Below are positions 63,040-64,000 of a DNA stretch of 64,000 nucleotides, piece after piece. Location of the stretch: assembly GCA_050084985.1 (NCBI GenBank), contig JBITNC010000001.1, positions 98,766,001 through 98,830,000 of the forward strand. Direction: 5' to 3'. Source of the DNA: Nageia nagi (Eukaryota > Plantae > Pinophyta). The first letter of the stretch is position 1, and each line of letters starts with the position of its first letter. A program made the position numbers and the translations under genes. The notes beneath the pieces are model-generated. The model did no database searches. It saw nothing but the letters and a program-made list of their open reading frames with translations, and had not been told where the DNA came from.

Positions 63040-63800
63040 ACATAGAGCAAAAGAGCAAGTAGGTTTCAAGAGTGATTACCCAATGAAGATCACACTTTTA
63101 CCATTCCAACTATAATTAAGGAAGCTTGTGCATAGATGGTCTTTAGTTTCCTTTAAGGTCTTTGATATAGTTTGTAGGCATTGGGAATTTCAATGACTAT
63201 AGGACATTGGCATTTCAATGCCTTTCAATATTGCTACCATGAGATTATATGAAGTAGTTGTAGGGTGTTTTCAGACTACGTTTGGGTTTTTTAAAGAGCT
63301 AAAGAGTATTAATGGAGTCAAACAAAGATGTCCACTTTCTCCAACCGTTTTTGGGATTTACATTGGTGAGCTTGAAAGCTTCATTTGTTATGACATTCAT
63401 GCAAACGATGATTGTTTGCTCATCATGTTAGATTCTCTATATTAGTTTTTGTTGATGATGTGGTTCTTCTCGCAGACTCTAATGAGGGCTTGCAATGTCA
63501 ATCTGATGCTCTCACCTATTCTGTAAACTCCATCAACTTGTAGCTAACGTTGGTAAGACCAAGTTGTGATCTTCAATATCTTGAAAAGGGTCTTCTTCAA
63601 GTTGTAGTTTCTTTACAATGATGAGCCAATTGAGATCCAACAACATCATATACTTTTTTTGAGAATTCTATTTCTAGGTCCCTACTTTGAGTTTGTTGTG
63701 CACTCACAATGTTGTAGGGGATATGCTTCTCTTTCTACTTTGAAGCACCACTTTCTCTTATACATTTCCATGTCATCCCTAGAAAGATGTGCCTATTTGA
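63040..63800 (+). mobile_element. Decayed non-LTR (LINE) reverse transcriptase
   Basis: GVKQRCPLSPTVFGIYI, LVFVDDVVLLADSNEGLQ and NVGKTK motifs. Confidence 0.8.
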
Positions 63801-63811
63801 TTGTGTTATCA

Positions 63812-64000
63812 TGTAATGCCCCCATTTTTATGGTGTTTTCCCCATTTCACCTCCAATAAATGGGAACATTAATTTGGAGTGTTTTTATTTAATTTTAGCA
63901 ATTTAGTGGATATTTAGCCCAATTATTGTAAGTTCCACTTGGAGATTAATTAATTACTCCAATTATGGGATGTTGGGGCCTATTTTACCTTGTTAGATGT
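63812..64000 (+). mobile_element. Start of an LTR, truncated by the window end
   Basis: TGTAATGCCCCCATTTTT, similar to the LTR start at 31388; abruptly interrupts the LINE remnant. Confidence 0.6.

Overview
AT-rich, TE-dense plant nuclear DNA, most likely a gymnosperm/conifer. This is inferred from a TatII-type PROT-aRH-RT-RH-INT domain order and ~20 kb introns. The only host gene is a + strand PTST3-like gene (coiled-coil + CBM48, starch-granule initiation family) with six in-phase exons at 33410-60223; its first and last exons are not seen in the window. The rest is nested, mostly decayed mobile DNA: Ty3/gypsy Tat-lineage elements with very long LTRs (3-9 kb), shorter solo LTRs of other families, a chromovirus-like RT remnant, a 4 kb hAT transposon, three non-autonomous hAT elements, tRNA-derived SINEs and LINE remnants. 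The most notable signal is the Tat LTR architecture: terminal hairpin, array of inverted (A)GGCGCA...TGCGCC(T) units, TATA, a large non-gag/pol ORF, a second TATA, then the U5 end. In one family the array is a palindromic repeat/unique-spacer array. The LTR-borne ORF is conserved at protein level across four divergent copies, and two 3' LTRs lack a polypurine tract. All calls are from reading by eye; no alignments or database searches were run.
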